Position numbers and translations under genes: made by a program | Part shown: positions 9,935 to 19,547 of the stretch, one piece after another | Position numbering within the stretch: position 1 is the first letter of the stretch | Layout of the letters: the number at the start of each line of letters is the position of its first letter | Notes under the pieces: generated by a model | The model's input: the letters and a program-made list of their open reading frames with translations, nothing else | Told to the model about the DNA's origin: nothing | Database searches by the model: none | Origin: an uncultured bacterium | Lineage (GTDB): Bacteria; CAZDME01; JAYEMH01 | Assembly (NCBI GenBank): GCA_964506785.1 | Contig: CAZDME010000005.1 | Span: 1 to 36,990 of the forward strand | Reading direction: 5' to 3' | DNA length: 36,990 nucleotides

Positions 9935-10675
9935 TTACTTTAGTTGAATTCCCTGAATGGTTAAATTGATGTCTAATATCTCTTTGTTTTTCTGCGAGAT
10001 TTTCTGAATTTCCATTTTTTCTATAACCAGAGGCCAAGTGGCCTGGGTTAAACTGTGGAGAAACTCAAGGAGGGCAGCTGTTTCTCCCTGGCATCTAATT
10101 TCCATAGGAAAACTGGTATAGGGAATCTCCCCTTCGATATGCTCCTTGGGTGTGTTTAACCTTACAGAAACTAAATTATCCATACCACTGGCAATCAAAG
10201 CCCCCACTACCTTCTCCATGGCCGCTAATTCCCAGAGAAGTATCTCGGCATCTTTTTCTTTAGGGACATCTTGGTCAAACCCCAAAGAAACCGGCAAAAT
10301 CACCTTTTTGGCTTCAGCTTCTTCTCTTAACCGGCGTTCACTTTGATAGGCCTTTTCTTTGAAAAACAATCCTTTCTGATTTACCTGAGCCGGCAGAGTT
10401 ATATCAAACTTCCCCAGATGTTCCTTTAGGAAAGCTATCTTTTTGCGGTAATCCTCCTGGGAGGCCTCAAGAGATTCTATCAGTTCTGAAGAGGTAATTC
10501 CTCCCTTTTCTTTTCTGAATAATTCTAACTCTCCGGATTTTTTCTCTATTTCGGCGGAAATTTCTTTCCGCCGCGATATATAGGGGTTAATTATCCCGAA
10601 AAAATAGATAAGGAGCGCTGCTGACAAAATCAGGGAGGTAATTATAAAAGAACGCTCAAATTTCTTTTCAGCCAT
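9935..10675 (-). CDS. PilO/GspM-like alignment-complex protein
   Basis: N-terminal TM helix, coiled coil, C-terminal G..AALLEFLHSL...LVIEKMEI pattern; position after pilM. Confidence 0.7.
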   Translation of the reverse strand: MAEKKFERSFIITSLILSAALLIYFFGIINPYISRRKEISAEIEKKSGELELFRKEKGGITSSELIESLEASQEDYRKKIAFLKEHLGKFDITLPAQVNQKGLFFKEKAYQSERRLREEAEAKKVILPVSLGFDQDVPKEKDAEILLWELAAMEKVVGALIASGMDNLVSVRLNTPKEHIEGEIPYTSFPMEIRCQGETAALLEFLHSLTQATWPLVIEKMEIQKISQKNKEILDINLTIQGIQLK

Positions 10676-10686
10676 CTTTTCCCCGG

Positions 10687-12309
10687 TTATAAAACCAGCT
10701 CTGCTTCTAAACTAAATTCGATGAACTCCCGCTCATCCATCTTCACCGAATGAGAAGCTAAAGGTTCCACCCTTTCAATATAGGCGGTGGCCTCTTGCAG
10801 TTTTTGCATAAAGTCATTTATTGCTTCGTATGAGGCGCCTTTGCCCTTTATTAAAAGAAATTTTTTTATTTTTTCCTCGGCTCTTTCCGATTCTTTAGGG
10901 AAGTAGAAATTATCCAGCCAAATGTCTGGAGTCAAACTTTTCCCCACAGCTCTCATTAACTCCAGGCCCATCATTTTTTTTGCCAGGAACTGATACATCG
11001 TTTGAGCCTTGTTTTCCAGGAGAGCCTCTTCTTTCTTAAGCCTTTCTATTTTGGGGCGGTAAACTCCATATTCATCCCGATAAATTTCTTGAGTTTCAAT
11101 CAGTTTATTCTGCCAGCGGGCAGAACTTTGATGAAAGAGCCAAACCCCGCCGCTAAGAATTATCAAAAAGGCAATTATGGTAAAAAACGTATATTCATTT
11201 TTTTTATGGCGGGCCTTTCTCTTGAGTAGTTCTTGAGAAAGAAGATTGATTTCTACGGCGCATTTTACCTTGCCCCGCAGGGCTAACCCGGCGGCAACGG
11301 CAAAAAGATGCTGGTGGGCATCAAGGCTATCCCATTTATCTTCGACAAAAATCGCGGCGTCCGGTTTCTTCTTTATCCGTTTAAAGCAGTTAACAATCTT
11401 TACCTCCAATCCCAGGCTGGTAGCAAAGAAACCTTTTAAAGTGGCGAGTTGGCTGCTGCCGCCGGCTAAAATTACCTCGCCAATGGTTAAGCCTTCAACT
11501 TGACTTCGATAGTAACCGATGGCATGTTGAATCTCCACTATTAAATCTTCCATAATGGGCCTGATAACTTTTCTCACCTCTTCCTGGGGGTAACCCTCTA
11601 ATCCGCCCTTTTTTATCCGTTCCGCTTCGTGATAAGAAAGGCCGAATTCTTTCTGCAAAGCTTGAGTAAAGTTATTTCCGCCGATAGGGAAACTTCTTGT
11701 CCAGACATTTTCCCTTTTAAATATGGCGATATCGGTGGATTCAGCGCCAATGTCAATAAGGGCTACGCCTCTTTCTCCGTCTAAATAATCCTGGTTGTAA
11801 CGGACACAATTGTAAAATGCCAAAGGCGAGACATCGACTATATCAGCCGGCAGGTGGGAGGTGAGTTTTTTCTGGACGTCTTGGATTAAATCAATCTTTA
11901 TGGCTACCAGGAGAACTTCCATCTCCAGAATTTTTTTACGCTTTAAGAGATAATAATCCCAAACCACTTCATCAAGGGAAAAAGGGATCTGCTGCTGGGC
12001 TTCATATTTTATTACCTGTTCAATTTTACTTTCGGGCACCGGGGGGAGTTTAATCAAGCGGATTAAAACGGATTGGCCGGGCACAGAAGTAACTATGGAA
12101 GCGCCTTTAATATTAAGAGAAGAAAGTAATTTAGCTAACTTTTTAGCCAGGAGCTGGCCTTTCTGAGCAGGAGTGGAGGCCGGGTCGGTCTTCAAGGTAA
12201 CAAGCCCGGCTTGATTTAAAGTTAACCCAGCTTTGCTTTCTTTTAATTCAACTACCTTGATACAATTCGACCCGAGATCTATTCCAATAACATCTTTAGA
12301 CTTTACCAT
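10687..12309 (-). CDS. pilM: PilM-PilN fusion protein
   Basis: IGIDLGSNCIKVVE, ALIDIGAESTD, VILAGGSSQL (actin-like PilM), then PilN INLL motif, TM helix and PDIWL. Confidence 0.9.
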   Translation of the reverse strand: MVKSKDVIGIDLGSNCIKVVELKESKAGLTLNQAGLVTLKTDPASTPAQKGQLLAKKLAKLLSSLNIKGASIVTSVPGQSVLIRLIKLPPVPESKIEQVIKYEAQQQIPFSLDEVVWDYYLLKRKKILEMEVLLVAIKIDLIQDVQKKLTSHLPADIVDVSPLAFYNCVRYNQDYLDGERGVALIDIGAESTDIAIFKRENVWTRSFPIGGNNFTQALQKEFGLSYHEAERIKKGGLEGYPQEEVRKVIRPIMEDLIVEIQHAIGYYRSQVEGLTIGEVILAGGSSQLATLKGFFATSLGLEVKIVNCFKRIKKKPDAAIFVEDKWDSLDAHQHLFAVAAGLALRGKVKCAVEINLLSQELLKRKARHKKNEYTFFTIIAFLIILSGGVWLFHQSSARWQNKLIETQEIYRDEYGVYRPKIERLKKEEALLENKAQTMYQFLAKKMMGLELMRAVGKSLTPDIWLDNFYFPKESERAEEKIKKFLLIKGKGASYEAINDFMQKLQEATAYIERVEPLASHSVKMDEREFIEFSLEAELVL

Positions 12310-12423
12310 TGAGACAATTTATCCTTCTATTGGCGTGTTTTTTGGTAGGTAAGATATCTAATGGAGACATTTGCTGGTATGAAATCAGGGAACATTAAGC
12401 TTTTACAGCATCTGTATAGGGTA

Positions 12424-12452
12424 AGTATAGCATAGAAAGGGCTAAAAGTCAA
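12424..12452 (-). promoter_or_regulatory. Sigma70-type promoter for the pilM-secretin genes
   Basis: TTGACT-17 nt-TATACT with extended -10 TG. Confidence 0.75.
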
Positions 12453-12517
12453 ATAAAATTCCGCCCCCGGTTAATTACCTTTTCCCAGTCTCAATTTCAG
12501 ATAAAATCTGATCTGAT

Positions 12518-13867
12518 TTATCTCGAATATCCCCGGGATTCGGTCTGTATAGTTCGAAATAAATCGGAAACACCTTGATAGCCCGGCTTTGGGTTGCGGT
12601 AGGCATCGGTAATGCCCCAGTGTTCTTCGATATGATTATCTTGGACCCGAGGGTTACCGGCTTTCCACCATTCATCGGCCCATTCAAAGATTATAATACC
12701 GGAAAGATTCTCACCGGTGTTTATAATCTGCCTTTTAATAATTTCCCCCTGCCTTCCGCCTTTACAGAAAGTGCTATAGCCGGTTTCGGCAATATAGACG
12801 GGTTTATCGTATTCCTGTGATACATTTACCATTTTATCGATATCTGCCTGGGCTTTACTTTGGGTATAAATACCTTCAAACCAGCCGCTCTCCCGTCCAA
12901 GGCCGACAAAAGCGTGAATGCCAATGGCATCTAAAAAATCAAAGCCTAAATTATATCCCGGTAAATCCAGGATATTAGAGCCGGTCACCGGATGCTTGGT
13001 ATCTTCCGTCTTAATGGCCTGATAAATCTCTTTTAAAAATTGATTTACTTTTCCGAAACCGAAGCGGCTGACTACGTTACCGGCTGGTTCCCAATGAAAA
13101 GGGGCGTCATTCCAGATATTCCACATAAGTATCGAAGGGCGCAGTTTATCGCGCCTGACAATCCGCAATGCCTCATTAATAAGTTTCTCTCTTTCTTCCT
13201 CAGAGTCATAATTTGTCTTACTGTTAGGATAGATAATAGTCTCTATAACCATAAGATTATACTTCTCGGCTAAATCCAAAAGTTTAGGCGGCAGGGGAGC
13301 ATAGGTGCGGATGGTATTTGCCCCTAACTCTTTAATCATCTGGAAATCCTTTTCCCAGATAGATTCAGGAATATCCTGAAATCTCGCCATCTTGGGATAG
13401 TTAAGGCTGTAATCTATACCTTTGATAAAAAAGGGCTTTCCGTCTTTATAAATCCGGCAATTAGAAATTTTTATCTTGGGCAGCTCCTGTTCGGCCTTTT
13501 CTTCCGGAGTTACCCAGAGCCCTTGATACTTAACCAGACCTCTTTTAATTTGCTTCGCTTCAAATTCTTTTCTTCTCTTATCAGCCTCGCTCCATTTTTC
13601 TTTTTCCTCTGTTTCTACCGCTTCCTTCCCTTTATCGTTTATTTTTTCTATTTTTTCAATCTCGTCCCGATTCACCCCGATTACGCCCATCCTTATTCTT
13701 AAAAAAATGCGTTCGTCATCCTGCCGTTCGATTATCCCGGTCATCTTCCGCCCGTTTTTGAGGTGAATCACGTCAGAAAACGCTTTAGACTGATAAAGGA
13801 CAACAGCAAAAACGAGAAGACATAAATATACTAACGCTAATATCCAGTTTCTGTCTTTTTCCATCAT
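12518..13867 (-). CDS. Exported clan GH-A (GH2-like TIM barrel) glycoside hydrolase-like protein
   Basis: Hydrophobic N-terminus; DGKPFFIKGIDY, MIKELGANTIRTY, RPSILMWNIWND, nucleophile PVYIAETG, FEWADEWWK, EEHWGI. Confidence 0.8.
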   Translation of the reverse strand: MMEKDRNWILALVYLCLLVFAVVLYQSKAFSDVIHLKNGRKMTGIIERQDDERIFLRIRMGVIGVNRDEIEKIEKINDKGKEAVETEEKEKWSEADKRRKEFEAKQIKRGLVKYQGLWVTPEEKAEQELPKIKISNCRIYKDGKPFFIKGIDYSLNYPKMARFQDIPESIWEKDFQMIKELGANTIRTYAPLPPKLLDLAEKYNLMVIETIIYPNSKTNYDSEEEREKLINEALRIVRRDKLRPSILMWNIWNDAPFHWEPAGNVVSRFGFGKVNQFLKEIYQAIKTEDTKHPVTGSNILDLPGYNLGFDFLDAIGIHAFVGLGRESGWFEGIYTQSKAQADIDKMVNVSQEYDKPVYIAETGYSTFCKGGRQGEIIKRQIINTGENLSGIIIFEWADEWWKAGNPRVQDNHIEEHWGITDAYRNPKPGYQGVSDLFRTIQTESRGYSR

Positions 13868-13891
13868 TTAATATCGAACCGCCATACCTAT

Positions 13892-15091
13892 TTATTTTTC
13901 TTTCTGCTTAATCTGGAAACCTGTAGAGAATTTTTCAAAAGTCGCAAGATGAATCTGGCAATCCCTATACATTATGTCTTTTTCTATTTCCCCATTGATA
14001 ATATAAGCTGATTTAACATCCGGATATCTCGCAAGGAATCTCTTAAGGCCTGAAGGGATATCTAAAGAAGTTATCTTGCTTTTAACTTCGATAGGAATAG
14101 GAATTCTATTTTTAAGAAGAACAAAATCGACTTCCCCGCCGTCTTTAGTCCTCCAAAATTTAATTTCCATATTAGGCGCAAGCATAGCCTGCAGTTTCAA
14201 GAATACAAACGATTCCAAAATAACACCTTTATCGTGACGGTCGTCAATAACGGAAAAATCTTTCAAAAGCATATTCCTAACGCCTAAATCGTACAAATAG
14301 GCTTTGCATGACTTCTTTAACTCGTTCCCCAAGTTTTTCGAATAACTATAAATGCGATAACTAACGTAAGTCTGTTCAAGAATATCAAGGTAGCGGTTGA
14401 TGGCTTTCGAACTCAAGCCTACTTCGCTACTTAAAGAATGCACAGAAATTGTTGAACCTTGATTCTGGGCTAAAAGGTACAAAAGATGATTGAAGGCGCG
14501 GATATTCTCTTCCTTGATGAGCGATTTAACATCTTTAAGAATGTAGCTTCCTACAAGCTCATTTAAAATTTGTTGTTTTCTTTCTTTAGAATCGGTGTGG
14601 GTTAACCCTGGCATGCCGCCAAAACGCAGGTAATCATCAAATGTAAACTCCGGACAATTATTTCTGATTTCAGAATACTCTAAAGGGTAAATGCGGTATA
14701 AAAATTTTCTGCCCGCCAGACTTTCTTTCAGATGCTTATGAATCTCTAAAGAAGACGAGCCGGAACAGATAATTTTAATCTTCTTTCTGGAGTCAAAAAT
14801 GGCTTTGAATATCTTGGAAATATTACGCACATATTGAAACTCATCAATAAAGACAATTTCTCCGGATTTACTTATTATTTGCACAATCTCTTTGTCCGGG
14901 CGGTTAAAATCGGCTAATACCTGGGGTTGTTCTAAATCAAAAAAAACTGTTTTTAACCCCTTTTGTTTAGCGTAATTTTCCAGTATACGCAGAAGTGTCG
15001 TCTTGCCAACTTGACGAGGCCCAAGAAGAATAACGATTTCTGGTTGGGTTAATTCTTGGCGCAATTTATTTAAAATATTACGTTTAATCAT
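13892..15091 (-). CDS. AAA ATPase (AAA_14 plus DUF4143 type)
   Basis: Walker A GPRQVGKT, Walker B FIDEFQ, SGSSS, ESLAGR, GGMP, C-terminal EVDFV...PIEVK. Confidence 0.9.
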   Translation of the reverse strand: MIKRNILNKLRQELTQPEIVILLGPRQVGKTTLLRILENYAKQKGLKTVFFDLEQPQVLADFNRPDKEIVQIISKSGEIVFIDEFQYVRNISKIFKAIFDSRKKIKIICSGSSSLEIHKHLKESLAGRKFLYRIYPLEYSEIRNNCPEFTFDDYLRFGGMPGLTHTDSKERKQQILNELVGSYILKDVKSLIKEENIRAFNHLLYLLAQNQGSTISVHSLSSEVGLSSKAINRYLDILEQTYVSYRIYSYSKNLGNELKKSCKAYLYDLGVRNMLLKDFSVIDDRHDKGVILESFVFLKLQAMLAPNMEIKFWRTKDGGEVDFVLLKNRIPIPIEVKSKITSLDIPSGLKRFLARYPDVKSAYIINGEIEKDIMYRDCQIHLATFEKFSTGFQIKQKEK

Positions 15092-15101
15092 CTTATTGAC
15101 A

Positions 15102-15130
15102 AATATAACCTATTGGGTCAAGAAAGTCAA
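15102..15130 (-). promoter_or_regulatory. Sigma70-type promoter for the AAA ATPase (near-leaderless)
   Basis: TTGACT-17 nt-TATATT ending 10 nt before ATG 15091. Confidence 0.65.
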
Positions 15131-15175
15131 GAAGAACTTCCTTTTTAAAAAAGCTTTTTTAGATTAGCAAATCAA

Positions 15176-17959
15176 CTATTCTTCCCGCCAGAAAAGGAAT
15201 TGGACGGGCTGGAACGGGCGGCTATTACGCGATCCTTGTCTTTTTCGTGCAGGCTGNNNNNNNNNNATATCGTCAAATACAGGGGTTTCTCTTAAAACCG
15301 GACTATAGTTACACATCCAACTGTCTACGCCACCGTCTGCTTGAAAGATCAATCTATATTGAATTGCCTTATTAGCTGCCTCAGAAATTACATTATCATC
15401 TCCTGATTCAGTAAAGCTATTTGACCAACTAGCCCCGTTTAAATCCGCCAAGCTATCGGCTGTTCTCACTTGAACTAAAATATCGCCGTTCCCGATTTGA
15501 GTCAACCCCACGGCAAAATCCCAATTGAGACTATTTCCTCCATTCCAAGCCGAATCACTATAATATGGCAGGAAATTTTCTGTCCAGGTAATTGTTCCCC
15601 AGTCAACTGCTGATTCATCTGAACATAAATACTTAGGGGAAACGAAATAGGCCTCCGAACCTATAGGGTTATAATATCGAGCGATAGAAAAATCTGATTC
15701 TATTTGTTCTTTCGTCTTGGGGTAATTAAAAATCTGAAGGCCCGATAATATCGCGTCAGCTTGCTCCCCTGGTTTATCATCATCGTGCCCAAAGCATATA
15801 GCGTCATAATCAATGTCGTCAGTATCGGGGGTATAGGTAATAAAATCCAGTGGTTTGCGGTGAAAACCCTTGCTGTATTCTTCCCAGGGTAAATCTCCAT
15901 TATGAAACTGTGTAGCGCCACCACCATTCTCATCAATAAAATGGCGTTCAACCCCGTCGATATACAAAACTACTCTTCCCGTTTTGCAAACTCCCTTGTC
16001 CCAATTAGGGTTTGTTTCGTCATCTATCCAGCTATCATCCCAATCCCAGGTGAGGGCAATATGGTGCCATTCTCCGGGGCAAAAAACATCCGCATCGGCA
16101 GTCCGGGACATAGTAATTAAGGTAGAATAAGGATTATCCTCTTCGTTATCGTCAAAAGGAGCAGTAACTGGATAAATTTCTTCGGTTTCCCTTTCCGGGG
16201 GTTCTCCGGCAATAAGACATTGAATATAACCTACACCAGAATCCTGGTCAGCCGGATCTGACCAGGAGAAAATAAGAAAACCGCCATTGGGTGGTTCGGT
16301 TCCTCCCATTCCCCAGGGGTCAACACTTTGGTCAAAATCTGTATTTTTAATCACGATGCTTTTACGGACACTCTGCGTTGGTTGCATATTTTTTGAATAA
16401 TAGGCAGGCTTCATCCAAAACTCTATGGTACCCTGTCCAGTATTGATGTTATTTTTAGCATTGTAAGTCAGTTTTTTATCTTCCGAGGAAAGCATTAACA
16501 CGCCGTCAGGGAATAAATCTCCCCCGCCGGCAATACTGCTATTACCGTCGGCAGTGGAAGAAACCATCGGTAAGGTATCGCCTGAAGCGGCATAATTAGC
16601 ATTTAATGAACCTTCGATAGCGGCCAAAAATTGCTGACTGCCTGAATTTGGCTCGGTTGGACCAACCGTGGCCAATTTAATCTGTCCGTCATAAAGAGAA
16701 GCTGTTTTATCGGTAGTATCTGGATAAGTTTCTACATGATTCTTTATGCCTAAATTCCCCTCTGAACCATCAAAATCAGCTTGATTGGTTTGATGCCAGG
16801 TATCATAAACTTTTAGTATAGCTCGAATCTTTTTCTCACCGACTACATTGCTCGATTCATCCAGAATTTCACCCTTTGATTCAATTTCATAAATACCCCC
16901 TGAATTAAAAGAAAATTCGGTAGTATTGTTGGTTAATAGATCTTTCCCTTCTTTTCCTACCGTAAGCTGCCAGGTAACATTACGAATATACCGGGATAAC
17001 CCTGTGTTAGGATTAGCATTGGCCATTACCAAATCTGCATCTCCGATACCAATATGGCCATCTCTACCTACGGTTCCATCAGCACCTAAATCTTGAGTGG
17101 TCCCGGGATATCTAAAATCTCCGTCATTACAGGTGGGATAAGGGCAATCCCCTATATGCCAGAAATCGGAAGGTGGAAAATCTCCGCTACCACGACAATA
17201 AGGGCAGGTATGTGCGGGTTCGGCAAACATCAGACTTTTGTAAAGTTGCCTCCAGGTTTTAAATGGCCTTTCATCGATCAAATGTACAGCTAAGGCTTCT
17301 GCTTCTACATCAGTCAGGCTTTTATTCCCGTCACTTATATTTTTTAACACTGCTTTTAAAACATCGAGGCTAACCGTATTCACATTAACCGGCGCCCGCG
17401 GCTCAGAGATTATAAACTGGGGATTTACTGTCTTAGAATCAACATAAGAATGTACAGTTATCGAATCTTTAATGTCGTTAAATACTCCCTGTCCAATACC
17501 CTCGACAAGCTTTATTTCTTCGATTGTCCGGAAAGGATGGGCAGTCCTATAGGTAACAATGGCACCGGCCTTTTCGGCGGAGGCAGAAACCCCTTTTACC
17601 TCAAGCAAATTCTCTAAAAGAAGCTGGGAGGCATTATTGATGTTAATTTTTCTCTGCTCATCTTTTATTACCACTTTATATGTGCCGTCCCCTAAAGACT
17701 GTTCTTGGCCGTTTATGGCAACGTCGCCATCACTATAATCGAATTTAGTTTTGGCCAGAGCCCGCAATTCGGCAATGGCCCGATTTATCCCGGCTTCCGC
17801 TAAATATTTCGCTTTAATTTCGTCGGAAAAGTTGGCGGCCGCTTTTAATTCCAGACGGGCATTTAAGGCAAAAGGGATAGCAATGGTAAAAAGCAGGGCC
17901 AAAATACCCAGGGCGAAAATTAAAGCCATTCCTTTTTTATTGCTTAGAATCTTACGCAT
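15176..17959 (-). CDS. Large GspK/PilX-like minor pilin with Cys insert and LamG-like domain; 3' end crosses a gap
   Basis: KKG|MALIFALGIL (no E5); AKYLAEAGI; DEQRKININNAS; PFRTIEEIKLVEGIG; GTIEFWMKP...GEWHHIALTW...LYIDG. GTG 17968 is an alternative start. Confidence 0.8.
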   Translation of the reverse strand: MRKILSNKKGMALIFALGILALLFTIAIPFALNARLELKAAANFSDEIKAKYLAEAGINRAIAELRALAKTKFDYSDGDVAINGQEQSLGDGTYKVVIKDEQRKININNASQLLLENLLEVKGVSASAEKAGAIVTYRTAHPFRTIEEIKLVEGIGQGVFNDIKDSITVHSYVDSKTVNPQFIISEPRAPVNVNTVSLDVLKAVLKNISDGNKSLTDVEAEALAVHLIDERPFKTWRQLYKSLMFAEPAHTCPYCRGSGDFPPSDFWHIGDCPYPTCNDGDFRYPGTTQDLGADGTVGRDGHIGIGDADLVMANANPNTGLSRYIRNVTWQLTVGKEGKDLLTNNTTEFSFNSGGIYEIESKGEILDESSNVVGEKKIRAILKVYDTWHQTNQADFDGSEGNLGIKNHVETYPDTTDKTASLYDGQIKLATVGPTEPNSGSQQFLAAIEGSLNANYAASGDTLPMVSSTADGNSSIAGGGDLFPDGVLMLSSEDKKLTYNAKNNINTGQGTIEFWMKPAYYSKNMQPTQSVRKSIVIKNTDFDQSVDPWGMGGTEPPNGGFLIFSWSDPADQDSGVGYIQCLIAGEPPERETEEIYPVTAPFDDNEEDNPYSTLITMSRTADADVFCPGEWHHIALTWDWDDSWIDDETNPNWDKGVCKTGRVVLYIDGVERHFIDENGGGATQFHNGDLPWEEYSKGFHRKPLDFITYTPDTDDIDYDAICFGHDDDKPGEQADAILSGLQIFNYPKTKEQIESDFSIARYYNPIGSEAYFVSPKYLCSDESAVDWGTITWTENFLPYYSDSAWNGGNSLNWDFAVGLTQIGNGDILVQVRTADSLADLNGASWSNSFTESGDDNVISEAANKAIQYRLIFQADGGVDSWMCNYSPVLRETPVFDDXXXXQPARKRQGSRNSRPFQPVQFLFWREE
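15257..15266. other. 10-N assembly gap within the GspK-like gene
   Basis: N run in the sequence. Confidence 0.95.
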
Positions 17960-17964
17960 CCCTG

Positions 17965-18606
17965 TCACCTTTGACTATTAGCCAAATAAACCACGCTGGA
18001 AAAGGTTTTACTAATCGGATTCCCCCCTGTATTTTCTTCGGTAGTTACGGAAATTTTAATTGCCTGAGGCAACTTCCCATCGGTTCGCGAATCCCAGGAA
18101 TCCAAGGCATTATCCCAGGTAGTCGCGGTTTCTCCCCAATATTTAAAGGATAAATCCGTAACTTGAAAAGCCAAATCAGAGGAGCTGCCTCCTCCGGAGA
18201 GGTCAAAATCAGGATTTCTTTCTAATCTTCTCATTATCTCTTTATCGCCTTCGTTTAAATAATATCTCATCTCACATAAATCGTATTTATCGCTTTCATC
18301 ACTTTCTTTAGAACAGATGAAATCCACCTGACTTGCCGCACCCAATAGATAAATAACATTGTCTTCGCTAATTAAGGCACCGGAGAGTTCTCGCCCCATC
18401 TCCTCCAGGGCCACCCGGGCATTTTGATAAACTTCTATCCGGCTTTTAGTCCTGCCCCAGGAGGTATATCCGCCTTTAAAAACAAAAATAAGGGTGGTCG
18501 CCAAAATAGCCATCAAAAGGGTAGTAATTAAAATCTCAACCAAGGTGAGACCCTTCTGCCGATTTTCTTTAATATTTGGTAATAAGGGTGGTAAAATCTT
18601 TTTCAT
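17965..18606 (-). CDS. GspJ/PilW-like minor pilin
   Basis: QKG|LTLVEILI; ARVALEEMGREL; C-terminal LPQAIKISV. Confidence 0.85.
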   Translation of the reverse strand: MKKILPPLLPNIKENRQKGLTLVEILITTLLMAILATTLIFVFKGGYTSWGRTKSRIEVYQNARVALEEMGRELSGALISEDNVIYLLGAASQVDFICSKESDESDKYDLCEMRYYLNEGDKEIMRRLERNPDFDLSGGGSSSDLAFQVTDLSFKYWGETATTWDNALDSWDSRTDGKLPQAIKISVTTEENTGGNPISKTFSSVVYLANSQR

Positions 18607-18952
18607 AATTTTTGTTTCCTTCGCCCCAGGAAATTGTCACTTTAACCTCTTTTAAATTACCCGGCGGGTCGATGACACCGCCCACCTCCACTTTATAGGA
18701 AAACACTGAATTACTACAGGAGCCCTCTTCGGGGACACTCGGCAGGGCATCATAGCCATCCCGTTTTAATTCTTCCAATTTATCCTGGGCAAAAAAGGCC
18801 GCCTGAGTCATATCGGTGGCTTGTTTACCTGCCCTCAAACATACGGGTAACAGGGCAATTACCCCGACGATGCCAATGGTTAAAACCAAAAGGGAGATAA
18901 CCACTTCAACCAGAGTAAATCCCTTCTTTTTTCTATGATGGTGGAGTCTCAT
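18569..18952 (-). CDS. GspI/PilV-like minor pilin
   Basis: MRLHHHRKKKG|FTLVEVVISL; AQDKLEEL; VKVTISW. Start placed at ATG 18952. Confidence 0.85.
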   Translation of the reverse strand: MRLHHHRKKKGFTLVEVVISLLVLTIGIVGVIALLPVCLRAGKQATDMTQAAFFAQDKLEELKRDGYDALPSVPEEGSCSNSVFSYKVEVGGVIDPPGNLKEVKVTISWGEGNKNYEKDFTTLITKY

Positions 18953-19547
18953 TGATTTCAACCGCTCCTGTAGTGCTAATGACATAGATACGTTTTATTT
19001 TCCCGTGCAAATCCTTTATCCAGACTGCTTGCCCATTTGTCCCGTTAAACTGACCAGTGGGTTTGAAGCTCGCCCGATAAATTGTTTCGCCATTATCCGG
19101 ATCCCCAGAATCAGAAATTTCCACCGCTAAAAAACTGGAATTATAGATATCAATATTTTCCGGGAGTTTTAATCGCTTTTCAATAATGGTTCTTTTCTGG
19201 GAATTTTCCGGGTCAGGATAAACCAGAACGAACTTATCTTCTTCCAAATCAAAATCTACAGCATATTCACCGTTTTTAGTAATGGCGTAACTGCGGGCTG
19301 TTCGTAACGCCGTGGCAATATTATTAGCCGCCACCCTTAATTTTAAATCCCTCCGAGAATGGATAAATAGAGGCGCAGCCACGGCTAAAATTAACGCCAT
19401 TATAGAAAGAACCATTAAAAGCTCTATTAAGGTAAACCCCTTTTTAGTAAATAGCGGATAGCGTTTAGCGTTTAGTTGTTTCCTATCCGCTATACTCTTT
19501 ACGCTATACGCTAAAGAATTAATTTTCTTACCAGTTATTGATATCAT
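18933..19547 (-). CDS. GspH/FimT-like minor pilin with a 37-aa leader
   Basis: KKG|FTLIELLMVL; AANNIATALRTARSYAI. Nearest in-frame ATG is 19547, overlapping gspG by 20 nt, the same overlap as the next pilin pair. Confidence 0.82.
   Translation of the reverse strand: MISITGKKINSLAYSVKSIADRKQLNAKRYPLFTKKGFTLIELLMVLSIMALILAVAAPLFIHSRRDLKLRVAANNIATALRTARSYAITKNGEYAVDFDLEEDKFVLVYPDPENSQKRTIIEKRLKLPENIDIYNSSFLAVEISDSGDPDNGETIYRASFKPTGQFNGTNGQAVWIKDLHGKIKRIYVISTTGAVEINETPPS
19444..19514. repeat. Inverted heptamer arrays inside the GspH-like leader
   Basis: ATAGCGG ATAGCGT TTAGCGT TTAGTTG ... CCGCTAT ACTCTTT ACGCTAT ACGCTAA. Confidence 0.9.
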
